A DNA stretch of 64,000 nt from the IMG/VR virus record IMGVR_UViG_3300037840_000148, positions 1 to 64,000 of that record; one strand, 5' to 3'. Shown piece after piece: positions 47,571 through 56,432 of this stretch; the stretch's first letter is position 1; each line of letters starts with the position of its first letter. This DNA is from a virus. A program made the translations under genes and the position numbers. The notes below the pieces were generated by a model. It was not told the DNA's origin, did not search any database, and saw only the letters and a list, made by a program, of their open reading frames with translations.

Positions 47571-48563
47571 TTAGTTTGTTGGAATTTTAAATCCATATCC
47601 CGCCTTTAATGCGTATTCTTTTCTTGTTGTTAAATCTTGACCAATTTTTATATATCTATCTGTAATATCGGCATTGCTTGAATGCCCCATCCAATACCGC
47701 ATCAAACTCCTCGGGATATTCTGGCTTTCAAGGTGAGTCGCCCTGAACCGCCGGAAAGCGTGAAAACCCTCCGTAATCCCGACGTCTTCTAGTTGATCGT
47801 AGGCCGTTTCAACCCTGACGTGACCGCCAAGGCTATTTTGGAACAAAAAGCCCGTCTCGGGGAGTTTCGCATCGATTAAATACTGGTTTACGTCCGAGTG
47901 GAGGTCAACTTCCCTGTTCCCGGCTTCCGTCTTGGGTTGTGGCTCGATACGGCCGCGGACTAGTGTACTCTTTACCACCACGACGGCTTTTAGGGGGTTC
48001 CAATACGAGAAGCCATAAGTGCCTCCTAGAGGGATTTTTTCCGGTATTATGCCGCAGCCCGGAACAGTAGATCCATAAGTCGTTGTATGGTGCCCTTGTA
48101 AAGCTAAGGCTTCCCCTACACGAAGACCTGACGCCGCAAGTAGTATCAGAAGACTCCTAACCTGCTTTGGTGCCTGTAATAGGCTCGTATCGATTTGTTC
48201 CGGGGTTACAATAGGCGCGTCGACTTCCTGCTGATTCACGATAGGCAGGTCGATAAAGTCATGATTCCACTTCCGTGGGTATAACTCGTTGCCATTCAAA
48301 TCAGTAGCAGACGAAATTACAGCCTTCACGACGTTGAAAATCTGATTGATTGTCGAGGCGGCTAAACCGACGTTATTCAACTCCGCTATAAAAGCCTTCA
48401 TTTTGCCGTTATCGACATACTCAAGATCCGCGTCGCCTAATCTCGGCAAAATGTGATTGTTCAAATATGAATCATAGATTCGGACGGTCGCTGGCCGGAC
48501 AGGCGAACGACGACGCGTTTGAATCCATTCGATGTATTTCACGGCTTGTTGTTCGAATTTCAT
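47571..48563 (-). CDS. int: Tyrosine recombinase / integrase
   Basis: SGLRVGE (R), PKT (K), HAFRR, GH, TDRY (Y); N-terminal SAM-like Y....NHILP.LG. Confidence 0.92.
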   Translation of the reverse strand: MKFEQQAVKYIEWIQTRRRSPVRPATVRIYDSYLNNHILPRLGDADLEYVDNGKMKAFIAELNNVGLAASTINQIFNVVKAVISSATDLNGNELYPRKWNHDFIDLPIVNQQEVDAPIVTPEQIDTSLLQAPKQVRSLLILLAASGLRVGEALALQGHHTTTYGSTVPGCGIIPEKIPLGGTYGFSYWNPLKAVVVVKSTLVRGRIEPQPKTEAGNREVDLHSDVNQYLIDAKLPETGFLFQNSLGGHVRVETAYDQLEDVGITEGFHAFRRFRATHLESQNIPRSLMRYWMGHSSNADITDRYIKIGQDLTTRKEYALKAGYGFKIPTN

Positions 48564-48569
48564 AATTCA

Positions 48570-48598
48570 ACGGTATCACAACTCAAAACGGTTGTCAA
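48570..48598 (-). promoter_or_regulatory. Sigma70-type promoter, probably leaderless, for the recombinase
   Basis: TTGACA-17-TACCGT (TG extension), 6 nt before ATG, no SD. Confidence 0.55.
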
Positions 48599-48837
48599 GT
48601 CTTTTTATTTTTATTACGTTTTTCAAATCTCTTATTGATTGCTTTTTCTTCGCCCCAATGTTTCTCACACAACCAAGCGCCGTTTTCTTTCCTATGAAAG
48701 CCTTCCTTGCCACAAATTTCATATTGTGCGCCACCCATTAAGTTACCGGGATCATAAACAGACGGCGCGGTTCCTGGTCGAGCGGAGCCCTCGATATAAA
48801 TGCTCCTACGGCACGGATGGATATTTTCAGTCTTCAT
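48595..48837 (-). CDS. Small Zn-finger-like hypothetical protein
   Basis: C...C...LCEKH. Confidence 0.6.
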   Translation of the reverse strand: MKTENIHPCRRSIYIEGSARPGTAPSVYDPGNLMGGAQYEICGKEGFHRKENGAWLCEKHWGEEKAINKRFEKRNKNKKT

Positions 48838-48879
48838 TCCTTCACTCCTTCATTCCTTCACTCCTTCTTTCCTTCATCA
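48832..48879. repeat. Six imperfect 8-nt tandem units (CTTCAYTC)
   Basis: cttcattc cttcactc cttcattc cttcactc cttctttc cttcatca. Confidence 0.85.
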
Positions 48880-49928
48880 TATCCGATTGAAAAACCCAAC
48901 CGCGTTGAGTTCTTTTTCAGCGTCTTTAATTTGAAATTCTTCTGGAGTCGTTCTAGTGTTTCATCGACAGGTATATCAAGGCAGAGATACGTCGAGGCAA
49001 TTTCACGGAGATACGCTAGACTCAAGCCTTCCGTTTTATCGACAAGATGTTTCAAATCTTCTTCAGAAATTTGATCCTGCGTGACGTATTTCAAATACGC
49101 CGCCCGCGTTTCTGCTTCCGGGGCGTGGATTCCGATGACGAGATCGAAACGTCCCGGCCGCTTGATGAAACGATCCGCTAGAAGTTCCGGCTGGTTGGTG
49201 GTCGCCAGATGAGTGATGTTATTAACTTGATTTTGACCGTCAAGAAGTGACAGCGCCGCCTTGACTTCCCGGTTACCTTGGTCCCCCGAGAATGTCCCCT
49301 CGATATCTTCCATTACGGTCATGATCGGTCTAGACGGTTCGATCTGCCGGAAGTGTTGGATGCAGATATTCGCGGTATCAAAGTCATCAATCAGAAAGAT
49401 CACGCCGCCAATTTTAATTAGGTCTCTGCTAAGAAGACTAATGATGCTGGTCTTGCCGCACCCTGGCTCGCCGTATAAAAGGACGCCTCTCTTTTGCAGT
49501 AGATGGTATTTTTCATACCGATCAGCCCGAGACCAAAATAGTCGAATTTGATCCATCAAGTACTTCGACGGCAAGCCAGGCAAATCAACGGCTTCGTCCG
49601 CCGGTGCCGTGACCGGCGAATAGACTTTATGACCGTCTTCGACGTCAAGCGTATAAAGCCCGGGCGGCAGGACTCGTCGGACGTCATCAACGCTTCTATA
49701 CGATCCGTTACCTAACGCCCAACCGTGCTTTTTATTTTGACTAGTTTCTTTTTTCAACGGTAACCATCCTTTTTCTTCTCTATTATAAAGTTTTGCAAAT
49801 TTCTTCATTACATCATCTAAACTACTTAATGAAGACACAAAAGAACCAGGACTTTTAGATTTAGCCGGTTTTGCGGGTGATATTCCTGATTTTCTCGCCA
49901 TCAGGATCTCGGATACGCTAGACTCCAC
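48858..49928 (-). CDS. AAA+ ATPase
   Basis: GEPGCGKT Walker A, VMEDIE Walker B, ATTN...RPGRFD second region of homology. Confidence 0.92.
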   Translation of the reverse strand: MESSVSEILMARKSGISPAKPAKSKSPGSFVSSLSSLDDVMKKFAKLYNREEKGWLPLKKETSQNKKHGWALGNGSYRSVDDVRRVLPPGLYTLDVEDGHKVYSPVTAPADEAVDLPGLPSKYLMDQIRLFWSRADRYEKYHLLQKRGVLLYGEPGCGKTSIISLLSRDLIKIGGVIFLIDDFDTANICIQHFRQIEPSRPIMTVMEDIEGTFSGDQGNREVKAALSLLDGQNQVNNITHLATTNQPELLADRFIKRPGRFDLVIGIHAPEAETRAAYLKYVTQDQISEEDLKHLVDKTEGLSLAYLREIASTYLCLDIPVDETLERLQKNFKLKTLKKNSTRLGFSIGYDEGKKE

Positions 49929-50125
49929 GTACTACGGTAAACAGGCCGAAGTTCGTACGGTCCATCGAATTGACCCGGCCTGCGGTATATTCTCATCTCG
50001 CCGATTTTTTCACAACCACTAAAACGGATGACTTGCTTTTCTAATTCATCGCCGTGTCTCCGAAGATCTTCATACATTTGATCGCGTTTATCTTTATCCG
50101 GCGTTGTAATGACTTCTATATTCAT
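49901..50125 (-). CDS. Hypothetical protein
   Basis: GAGGAG RBS. Confidence 0.6.
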   Translation of the reverse strand: MNIEVITTPDKDKRDQMYEDLRRHGDELEKQVIRFSGCEKIGEMRIYRRPGQFDGPYELRPVYRSTWSLAYPRS

Positions 50126-50194
50126 ACGACTAACTCCTCGATGATTCCAATGACTTCCGACAAGACTAAAATCCCTACTGTGATTCCCATTCCT

Positions 50195-50479
50195 TCAAAC
50201 ATCAAAAGACTGAGATACCCGCCGATTCTTAATCCGGACTTCATGAAACTGACTTTTGTATGCCAAATCATCTATTCTCCCGTGTTCTCTTATATATTGA
50301 CCGCGTTTTACCCGCCAGTAAGACTCTAAGCAATCCTTTGAACAAAAATAAATATCAAGCTTTTCATCCCAGACAAAACCCCGTTTTTCTATTCGCCAGC
50401 CCGCTGAAAGAAACCAACCAGGCGGTTCATTTCTGGGTTTATCTGAACCACAACGTTTACAAATATGGCTTTCTTTCAT
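50195..50479 (-). CDS. TRASH/MYM-like zinc-finger protein
   Basis: CKRCG...YFCSKDC. Confidence 0.65.
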   Translation of the reverse strand: MKESHICKRCGSDKPRNEPPGWFLSAGWRIEKRGFVWDEKLDIYFCSKDCLESYWRVKRGQYIREHGRIDDLAYKSQFHEVRIKNRRVSQSFDV

Positions 50480-50652
50480 AAATCTTTTTTATATTTTCGT
50501 TTAAGATAGCGATCTTTACAATCAAAAGAACAAAAATATTCACCTCTCTCCGCACTTGCCCACCAATGCTCGCCTTTCGGTTCTTTCGCGCCACATCGTT
50601 TGCAATGAGGTTTATGTTTACCATCCCAAATGCCCTCATTACCGGGATGCAT
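50476..50652 (-). CDS. TRASH/MYM-like zinc-finger protein (58 aa), not in ORF track
   Basis: MHPGNEGIWDGKHKPHCKRCG...YFCSFDC; ATGA coupling to next gene. Confidence 0.65.
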   Translation of the reverse strand: MHPGNEGIWDGKHKPHCKRCGAKEPKGEHWWASAERGEYFCSFDCKDRYLKRKYKKDL

Positions 50653-50851
50653 TTAATCTTTTTCCTTTAGCAATAAAATTAGCTTTATATGCTTCTAGAC
50701 ACTCTTTAGAACAAAAACTAAAAGTCGGATTGGTAAAATCAGCACACCAAAATGCTGGAACTACCTTGATATCTTCGCCACACCGCTTACAACGTATCGG
50801 CTTTTTCTTACGCGGTAACGTAACTGTCAGATGGTACGGATAAAATTTCAC
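50639..50851 (-). CDS. TRASH/MYM-like zinc-finger protein
   Basis: CKRCG...FCSKEC. Confidence 0.65.
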   Translation of the reverse strand: MKFYPYHLTVTLPRKKKPIRCKRCGEDIKVVPAFWCADFTNPTFSFCSKECLEAYKANFIAKGKRLNASR

Positions 50852-51348
50852 TTCATCCCCGCTAAAGCCGCGACCTTCGCGGCATAAATTTCGGCATCTA
50901 ATCCTGAGCCGTTGTAATGCCGGATGCCTTGCTTCAATCCGTATTGCTGGACATTCCGAGCTAAAATTTCGACGCCGACATCCATGCTGTCTTCGGCTTT
51001 CAAAAGATTCTTATCACGGAAATTGTCATATTGACTCGCCCAGACTCGCGGCATGACTTGCAGGAGTCCAACGCCGCCATCCCGGCTGACAGCCAACGGA
51101 TCACAATTTGATTCGACGGCGATTACGGCTGCGATGACTTTAGCCGGAAGCCCCGATCTAATTGAGCTTCTAGCCGTCGATTCTGCCAACTGGAAGTCAC
51201 CGCAGCCTGCCCGACCGTACACACGGGCCGCATCGAACAAAGCTTCACGAAATTCCGGCCGGTCATAATCGGTTAAATTGACGGCCGGTTTTGAAAATAA
51301 AGATAACGATAAAGCGGATACTAGAATTGAAATCGTCTTGATATTCAT
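50848..51348 (-). CDS. Soluble lytic transglycosylase (SLT) with signal peptide
   Basis: AVI.VES..DP.AVS..G..GLLQVMP; YNG. Confidence 0.9.
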   Translation of the reverse strand: MNIKTISILVSALSLSLFSKPAVNLTDYDRPEFREALFDAARVYGRAGCGDFQLAESTARSSIRSGLPAKVIAAVIAVESNCDPLAVSRDGGVGLLQVMPRVWASQYDNFRDKNLLKAEDSMDVGVEILARNVQQYGLKQGIRHYNGSGLDAEIYAAKVAALAGMK

Positions 51349-51405
51349 TTATCCTCCTTTAAATTTAACATCCGGCCACCAGCAGCAAAAGTACAATCGT
51401 TCGCT

Positions 51406-51717
51406 TCATCGAGTCGGCTCCCCGGCCTCGGGTACAGCTTCGTATGTGGCCTCGAAAATGTCGGGCTTGCAGGGATAGAACTCGCCTTTAACACCCTTGA
51501 TGATCCAATCACCCGGAGAAGCCGTCATTGTTCCCTCAAGTGTCGGAATGTAGACATTGCCATCGGGAGGCGTGAATCCGATGCCAGTTACTATGTGCGG
51601 ATCGTCTGGTGCGTGCGGCAATTCGCCCATGAACAGGAACAGTTTCGCAATGCTGGACTCTCGACCATCCCATCGAATTGCTTCGATCACAACTGGCTTC
51701 TTTCGATACTTGCTCAT
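51406..51717 (-). CDS. Conserved phage protein (RKKPVVIEA...PGDWII family)
   Basis: IPTLEG.M.A.PGDWIIKGVKGEFYPCKPDIF..TYE. Confidence 0.8.
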   Translation of the reverse strand: MSKYRKKPVVIEAIRWDGRESSIAKLFLFMGELPHAPDDPHIVTGIGFTPPDGNVYIPTLEGTMTASPGDWIIKGVKGEFYPCKPDIFEATYEAVPEAGEPTR

Positions 51718-52133
51718 TTTCGACCCTCCTCTGCTCGCAACGCGGCGATTCTTTCCAATATCTCTTTTGGGCCATCATGGTGAACATATGCCCATTGCAA
51801 CGCTTCGAGTTTGGCCTTACGCTCAACCTCTGCCAGCGCGTCGGTTGGGGCGAGGGCAATAATTTCATTTGCTAATTGGTTAGCTAAACTTCGAGAATCT
51901 AAACGGTTTGATTTCAACCAGACCTGTACAGTGTCAGCCGCTATCCTTGCCATCGCCGCACCCGCCTCGGTTCTGGCTTGGGCTAGGTCGACTTTAAGGG
52001 CCTCTATCTCAGCGTCTCTAGCGTGCCAAGCAAGAGAAGCGGCTCCACGTTGCCCCTCGAAGTTCTCTTCCAGTTTCGGATCGGCCCAATCCATGTCTTT
52101 GATCCACTCCTCGAATGTCTTAGCCACGTTCAT
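51714..52133 (-). CDS. Hypothetical protein
   Basis: GGAGG RBS; overlapping chain of genes. Confidence 0.6.
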   Translation of the reverse strand: MNVAKTFEEWIKDMDWADPKLEENFEGQRGAASLAWHARDAEIEALKVDLAQARTEAGAAMARIAADTVQVWLKSNRLDSRSLANQLANEIIALAPTDALAEVERKAKLEALQWAYVHHDGPKEILERIAALRAEEGRK

Positions 52134-52302
52134 CCTCCTGTCTCGCTCGCTTCCCGGCTTCCCCTTGTCGCAACTTGTTTAGAGCCTCGATCTCCATAGC
52201 GATGACTTCAAAGGTGTCGGCGATCAACTGCTTATCCTGATTGGTTACGCCGCTACGTAACGCCAGTGCATTTTCTCGAATCACTTCAACTCCGTCTTTC
52301 AT
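52120..52302 (-). CDS. Hypothetical protein
   Basis: AGGAG RBS, ATGA coupling. Confidence 0.55.
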   Translation of the reverse strand: MKDGVEVIRENALALRSGVTNQDKQLIADTFEVIAMEIEALNKLRQGEAGKRARQEDERG

Positions 52303-52466
52303 GGTTTCTCCTTTTTGGCTTCCCATTGCCGTCGCAACTCCGCTCTTGGACTGCGAATTTCTGCACTGTCACATTTCGTGCAAATCCAAACAGACATCGT
52401 GTGAAACTGATCGTCATGATTCCAGTACCAGGAATGTCGGCAGAATAGCTGCTTTAGTCGTTTCAT
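52299..52466 (-). CDS. Small CxH...CxxC prophage-type protein
   Basis: KQLFCRH.W...CTKC. Confidence 0.6.
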   Translation of the reverse strand: MKRLKQLFCRHSWYWNHDDQFHTMSVWICTKCDSAEIRSPRAELRRQWEAKKEKP

Positions 52467-53173
52467 TTCCGCACCACCAATCGAGCCAACTCCAATACTG
52501 GACATCCCGCAACATGCGGATGTGTGTTTAAGGACTCTGGTCGCGCTCCGCAAGGGCAATGCATCTCAATCTCGGCCACCAACTCTCTGATCGGCCTGAG
52601 CAATTCAGCCTTTTGTCTTAAGGTTGCAATTTCCTGATTCCTCGACGCTAAAACTTCCGCCAGTTCTTGCGTAATCTCTCGTCGCAACTCCGCATCGTGT
52701 TCTTCGAGTGAGACTTGCTTCGAGCCGATGAGGGCGAGGATGGCAGACTTGAGCGACTCAGCTTCGTCTCCCGCTGCCGATAGCACAGCATCTTGCTCCG
52801 GAGTGACATACTTCCCAGAGGCCATCAATCTGTTCTGTTTGGCATATTCGGCGCACAATTCAGCCGCCTCCCTCAGAGCCAAAGCCTGAGCCGCTTCGAT
52901 GTCGCGCTCCAATTTCTCAATGTAGGCGAGGATATCTTGTCGGCCCATATTGTTTAGGCTCTCGGCCATCTGCTTCCTCTGCAACTGCGTAATCGGAGCT
53001 CCTTCGATGTCGCGCTCGATCTGCGGGATGAGGGATTCGATATCATCAGCCCGATTGAGATAATTCCCTGCAAGCAACGAGCATGACGAAAGATGCGTTC
53101 CATCGTCTATCGCGTCCGCCATCTTCTTCCACTTCTCGACCAGTTTTCTCAGTGGTTGCGTAATAGGATTCAT
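52463..53173 (-). CDS. Hypothetical coiled-coil protein
   Basis: GGAGAGG RBS; C-terminal CPC...H...C. Confidence 0.6.
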   Translation of the reverse strand: MNPITQPLRKLVEKWKKMADAIDDGTHLSSCSLLAGNYLNRADDIESLIPQIERDIEGAPITQLQRKQMAESLNNMGRQDILAYIEKLERDIEAAQALALREAAELCAEYAKQNRLMASGKYVTPEQDAVLSAAGDEAESLKSAILALIGSKQVSLEEHDAELRREITQELAEVLASRNQEIATLRQKAELLRPIRELVAEIEMHCPCGARPESLNTHPHVAGCPVLELARLVVRK

Positions 53174-53236
53174 CGACCTCTCCCGACACAAGAATGCTGT
53201 GTCAACGCTACGATTCCAAGATCCTCTTTCTAATTC

Positions 53237-53265
53237 AGACTAACACAAAACCAATTTATTGTCAA
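53237..53265 (-). promoter_or_regulatory. Sigma70-type promoter
   Basis: TTGACA-17-TAGTCT with TG extension. Confidence 0.65.
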
Positions 53266-53273
53266 TAGTTATT

Positions 53274-53795
53274 TTAAAATTCTTTAGGACACTCGCAATC
53301 AAGACAAAGCGCGATAGGTTCGTGTTGCTCATAGAAATAAATTGGCGTCCGGCAGACTGAACACAATTCAGTAGGCAATGGCGGCGGGATAAATTTAGTC
53401 TTTTCACTCCAAATTGTCGACTCGCCGGGGTCAATGACGGCCCAACCGTCTTTGTCATATTGAAAACTTGTTGAGCCGGATTCTTCAATTTGTTTTTCCT
53501 TCTGGGCCTTCTTGGCTTCCTTTAATTGTTTCTTGACTGCGGCATTTGCTTCTTCTTGTGCTAATAATCGGTTATAATTTTCTAAAGCCTCCGAAGTAAT
53601 TGTTAAACCGGACAACGGCTTTGATTTCTTTAAAGCAATCAGTGGCTTGACTCGTTGAGTCAACCAAACCCAATTTGGTGGACCCTCCGTCCGGAATCCG
53701 GCCTTTTTCGCGGCTTGCTGGTCGTTGGACCAGTGCTCACCAGCCGTTAATTGCGCCTCGAACTGCTTGAATTGTTCGTTCCATATGATTTTCAT
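53274..53795 (-). CDS. Hypothetical protein with C-terminal zinc ribbon
   Basis: AK.AGF N-terminal motif; CSVC...CLDC. Confidence 0.7.
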   Translation of the reverse strand: MKIIWNEQFKQFEAQLTAGEHWSNDQQAAKKAGFRTEGPPNWVWLTQRVKPLIALKKSKPLSGLTITSEALENYNRLLAQEEANAAVKKQLKEAKKAQKEKQIEESGSTSFQYDKDGWAVIDPGESTIWSEKTKFIPPPLPTELCSVCRTPIYFYEQHEPIALCLDCECPKEF

Positions 53796-53832
53796 AAATT
53801 CGGATAACTAATACTTATCCATCTGTCAAGCA

Positions 53833-54024
53833 CTATTTTATGGCCATCAATCGCCGCATGGCGGCTTCGTATTGCTCGACCCCGTCTTGCCGCCCTGATT
53901 TACAGCACCACAAGTAATTCGTGCGTAATCTATTGCGCTCATGGACAGACGCGCCCGTTGTCGAGGTTTCGTATTGCGCTAGAAGAGCTTGATCCGGTTG
54001 TATTTTAAAGTCTTCGTAGGTCAT
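53833..54024 (-). CDS. Hypothetical protein
   Basis: AAGGAG RBS. Confidence 0.6.
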   Translation of the reverse strand: MTYEDFKIQPDQALLAQYETSTTGASVHERNRLRTNYLWCCKSGRQDGVEQYEAAMRRLMAIK

Positions 54025-54187
54025 TAAAACTCCTTGTTTAGCATTCTTTTTATACCTTCTTCATCAATTTCACCAGTTATAAACTCTGCTAAAAGCAGCA
54101 TTAGAGTGAAGAAAACAATAAAACCACCGAATACAACCACGAATCCCATTAATCTACCTCCTCCGGTTGTATTTTGAAGTCTTCGTA
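53993..54187. repeat. 26-bp direct repeat (53993-54018 and 54162-54187, one mismatch)
   Basis: tccggttgtatttt(a/g)aagtcttcgta. Confidence 0.85.
54024..54149 (-). CDS. 41-aa single-TM protein, not in ORF track
   Basis: GGAGGAGG RBS; MGFVVVFGGFIVFFTLMLLLAEF. Confidence 0.55.
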   Translation of the reverse strand: MGFVVVFGGFIVFFTLMLLLAEFITGEIDEEGIKRMLNKEF

Positions 54188-54192
54188 AGCCT

Positions 54193-54372
54193 TCATGATT
54201 GTCTCCTAATTTCAGCCACCGAACGATAGCTGCCGGTGCACGGCACCCTAAGTCCCTCCGGGCCGGGTTGAAGATGCCAAGACAAAATTGGTTCGTTGTC
54301 CAAATTAACAGCGCCTAATTGATCGAACTCAATGATTCTTCCGCACTTTGGGCATTTACGTTTGGTCTTCAT
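54193..54372 (-). CDS. 59-aa zinc-finger-like protein, not in ORF track
   Basis: CPKCG...H...C.GS; directly downstream of a promoter. Confidence 0.6.
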   Translation of the reverse strand: MKTKRKCPKCGRIIEFDQLGAVNLDNEPILSWHLQPGPEGLRVPCTGSYRSVAEIRRQS

Positions 54373-54378
54373 AAACGT

Positions 54379-54407
54379 ATAATAGTATATTATCCGCCAA
54401 ATGTCAA
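54379..54407 (-). promoter_or_regulatory. Sigma70-type promoter, probably leaderless
   Basis: TTGACA-17-TATTAT, 6 nt before ATG 54372. Confidence 0.7.
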
Positions 54408-54410
54408 GAG

Positions 54411-54749
54411 TTATTCTAGTCTCTTTTTCCTAGCCTTACTCTCCAAATACAGCCGTTGTGCTTCCACGAGTCCCGGCCGAATTAGCGCGGCTTGATACAT
54501 CTGGTAGCATAAATTGCAGACGTCGCCATACAAAACGACCCGGAAGTTCTCCGTGGTATCGCGGATCGGGTATCCGCAGCCGGGTGCGCTGCAGCGATTC
54601 GGCAGTTGTTCGAATATCCTGTCATACCCACGGACGTTTGATTGCAAAAGCCACGTATCAAGGTCTCTAGGAAACTTCTTCTCGGCGTCCTTGAACTTAA
54701 TTTCTAGTTCAAATACCCAACGTATGAAATCTTTTTCTCGGTCATTCAA
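54411..54749 (-). CDS. Hypothetical zinc-binding protein
   Basis: CSAPGC...CNLC; TTG start. Confidence 0.55.
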   Translation of the reverse strand: MNDREKDFIRWVFELEIKFKDAEKKFPRDLDTWLLQSNVRGYDRIFEQLPNRCSAPGCGYPIRDTTENFRVVLYGDVCNLCYQMYQAALIRPGLVEAQRLYLESKARKKRLE

Positions 54750-54760
54750 ATGGCCCCCAA

Positions 54761-55270
54761 TTAACTGTTAATTCGTCTTACCCAATCACTGAAAAACGGC
54801 CTATCTTCCGGCTTCGCGGCAATGATGTTAATAACGTGTTGAACCATATTAGCTTTATAGTATGTCAACAATGATACCGGCTCGGCGGCGTTCAACGTTT
54901 CAAGCGTCACCGGCCCGAATATTGTGTCAGACGCAATCCCGAGAGAAAATTGCAGGACTTTGACAGCCGTTCCGACACCAAATAAAATACCGAGGTCGAA
55001 CAATTTGTTTGCGATAAACTGGTCTTTTATCTGGGAATATAAAGGCTTCCAGTACCCCTCTAAATAAATCTCAGCCGCTCTGTCAGTCGTGAGATTCTTG
55101 ATGTCTTCGTTAGGAAATTCCGCGGCGCTGATACCATACTTCGTGCCCTTTAATTCGCCGACGCCGACCTTTCCGCCGGTCCAGTTGCCGGAATCGTCGT
55201 GGAGGCATTGATAGCCGCCCTCGTGCGTGTCATCGATGGTTATGAGAAATGCGGTTTTAAAATCTGACAT
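54761..55270 (-). CDS. Glycoside hydrolase family 108 lysozyme (endolysin)
   Basis: HEGGY...D.G..T...TKYGIS, IY...YW, D.IFGP.TL, F...W..R. Confidence 0.9.
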   Translation of the reverse strand: MSDFKTAFLITIDDTHEGGYQCLHDDSGNWTGGKVGVGELKGTKYGISAAEFPNEDIKNLTTDRAAEIYLEGYWKPLYSQIKDQFIANKLFDLGILFGVGTAVKVLQFSLGIASDTIFGPVTLETLNAAEPVSLLTYYKANMVQHVINIIAAKPEDRPFFSDWVRRINS

Positions 55271-55401
55271 TTACTTAAAAACCCCCAATTTATAAAGCAT
55301 AAAACAAACACCAATCCATATTACGTCTGTTCCAAAAACAACAGGAATTATAAATTTCCAAAAATCTTTATTGCTCATTTTAATACCCTCAATGAATGGC
55401 T

Positions 55402-55695
55402 TTATTTAAGCCTTTTCACAATTTCTCTTAAAACATCCGCCCGCTCTTCCCAAAACGAACCACCATGAAATTTATCATCAATCATTTGTAGTAACTCTTC
55501 ATTTGTCTTTGGAGAATCCGGCCGCTCGTGTTTGCAGCGTTGCTCCTCTGGTATTTGCATTAAAGCTAGATATCTTCTAGCCGTATAAAAATCCAAATCA
55601 ATATTATAGTCTTTATCAAGATGCAGTCCACACCTTATACACCAGCGGGCAGGTTTTCCATTGACGTACACATGATCGACCACCGTTTTTGCCAT
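55402..55695 (-). CDS. Hypothetical protein
   Basis: AGGAG RBS; CIRC. Confidence 0.55.
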   Translation of the reverse strand: MAKTVVDHVYVNGKPARWCIRCGLHLDKDYNIDLDFYTARRYLALMQIPEEQRCKHERPDSPKTNEELLQMIDDKFHGGSFWEERADVLREIVKRLK

Positions 55696-55702
55696 ATTGC
55701 TC

Positions 55703-55933
55703 CTAACTTTGCGCTCTGATTTCCATCTGTTCATCAATAAACTCAGCAATTTCCTTGAGGCACGCGGAATCATAGATATTGCTAAATTGATCATAAAATG
55801 CATACCGCCGCCATGCTGAATACCACTTTATCTGACCTAACAAGATATCCGTGTGGACTGACCGGACTTCCCAAATTTGTGTCAATCCAGTTTGACTCCG
55901 GCCAATCAAAATGAAGCTAAGATTTTGCATCAA
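55703..55933 (-). CDS. Conserved phage hypothetical protein
   Basis: LG.IKWY..WR.Y.F......CL.EI..F. Confidence 0.7.
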   Translation of the reverse strand: MMQNLSFILIGRSQTGLTQIWEVRSVHTDILLGQIKWYSAWRRYAFYDQFSNIYDSACLKEIAEFIDEQMEIRAQS

Positions 55934-56180
55934 TAGTTGTTACTTCATTAAATTTAACAACAAACGGCTTTCCGGCAAAAACCTGTTTTGAAATTGAATC
56001 AAATTGGAAAAAATACCTTCTCTTTAATTTCACGGCTGTTGCGGACCACCCAGAAACTACGACATCTTTGAACCCGCTGCTTTTTAGAGCCTTAGCAAGC
56101 GGACAGTCAATGTTGCTTGAAAAATCGGCATCCTTTAGATGCCTCGCTGTAACCTTGATGCTCTTGATTTTTGCCATCAT
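55917..56180 (-). CDS. Hypothetical protein
   Basis: GAGGAGG RBS; CPLA.AL. Confidence 0.6.
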   Translation of the reverse strand: MMAKIKSIKVTARHLKDADFSSNIDCPLAKALKSSGFKDVVVSGWSATAVKLKRRYFFQFDSISKQVFAGKPFVVKFNEVTTIDAKS

Positions 56181-56294
56181 TCCTCCTCTGGTTTGTTTTC
56201 TCCGTGATAGATTCCGTAATGACTCCTGACGAGACAGAAAGCGCACCACGGTTCACAAAAGCCTAGTTTATGCCTGACTGCTTGTACGAAGAAC

Positions 56295-56322
56295 AGTATA
56301 CATGAAATTAGCATTTTGTCAA
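56295..56322 (-). promoter_or_regulatory. Sigma70-type promoter
   Basis: TTGACA-16-TATACT. Confidence 0.6.
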
Positions 56323-56432
56323 GTCTTTTCTTAGAAGTTTTTCCAATCGTCGAATCCGACTGATCGGAATCTTATAAATCTCAGCTAACTGCCTCGCAGT
56401 CGGGAATGGCGTCGTGATCATGATCGGTTTCT

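Noticed and set aside
48832-48879. CRISPR array
   Set aside because: 8-nt tandem units without spacers; no CRISPR-like array or cas gene noticed in the window
50457-50639. ORF-track 60-aa ORF MRAFGMV
   Set aside because: The alternative frame 50476-50652 encodes a zinc finger paralogous to both neighbours and is translationally coupled
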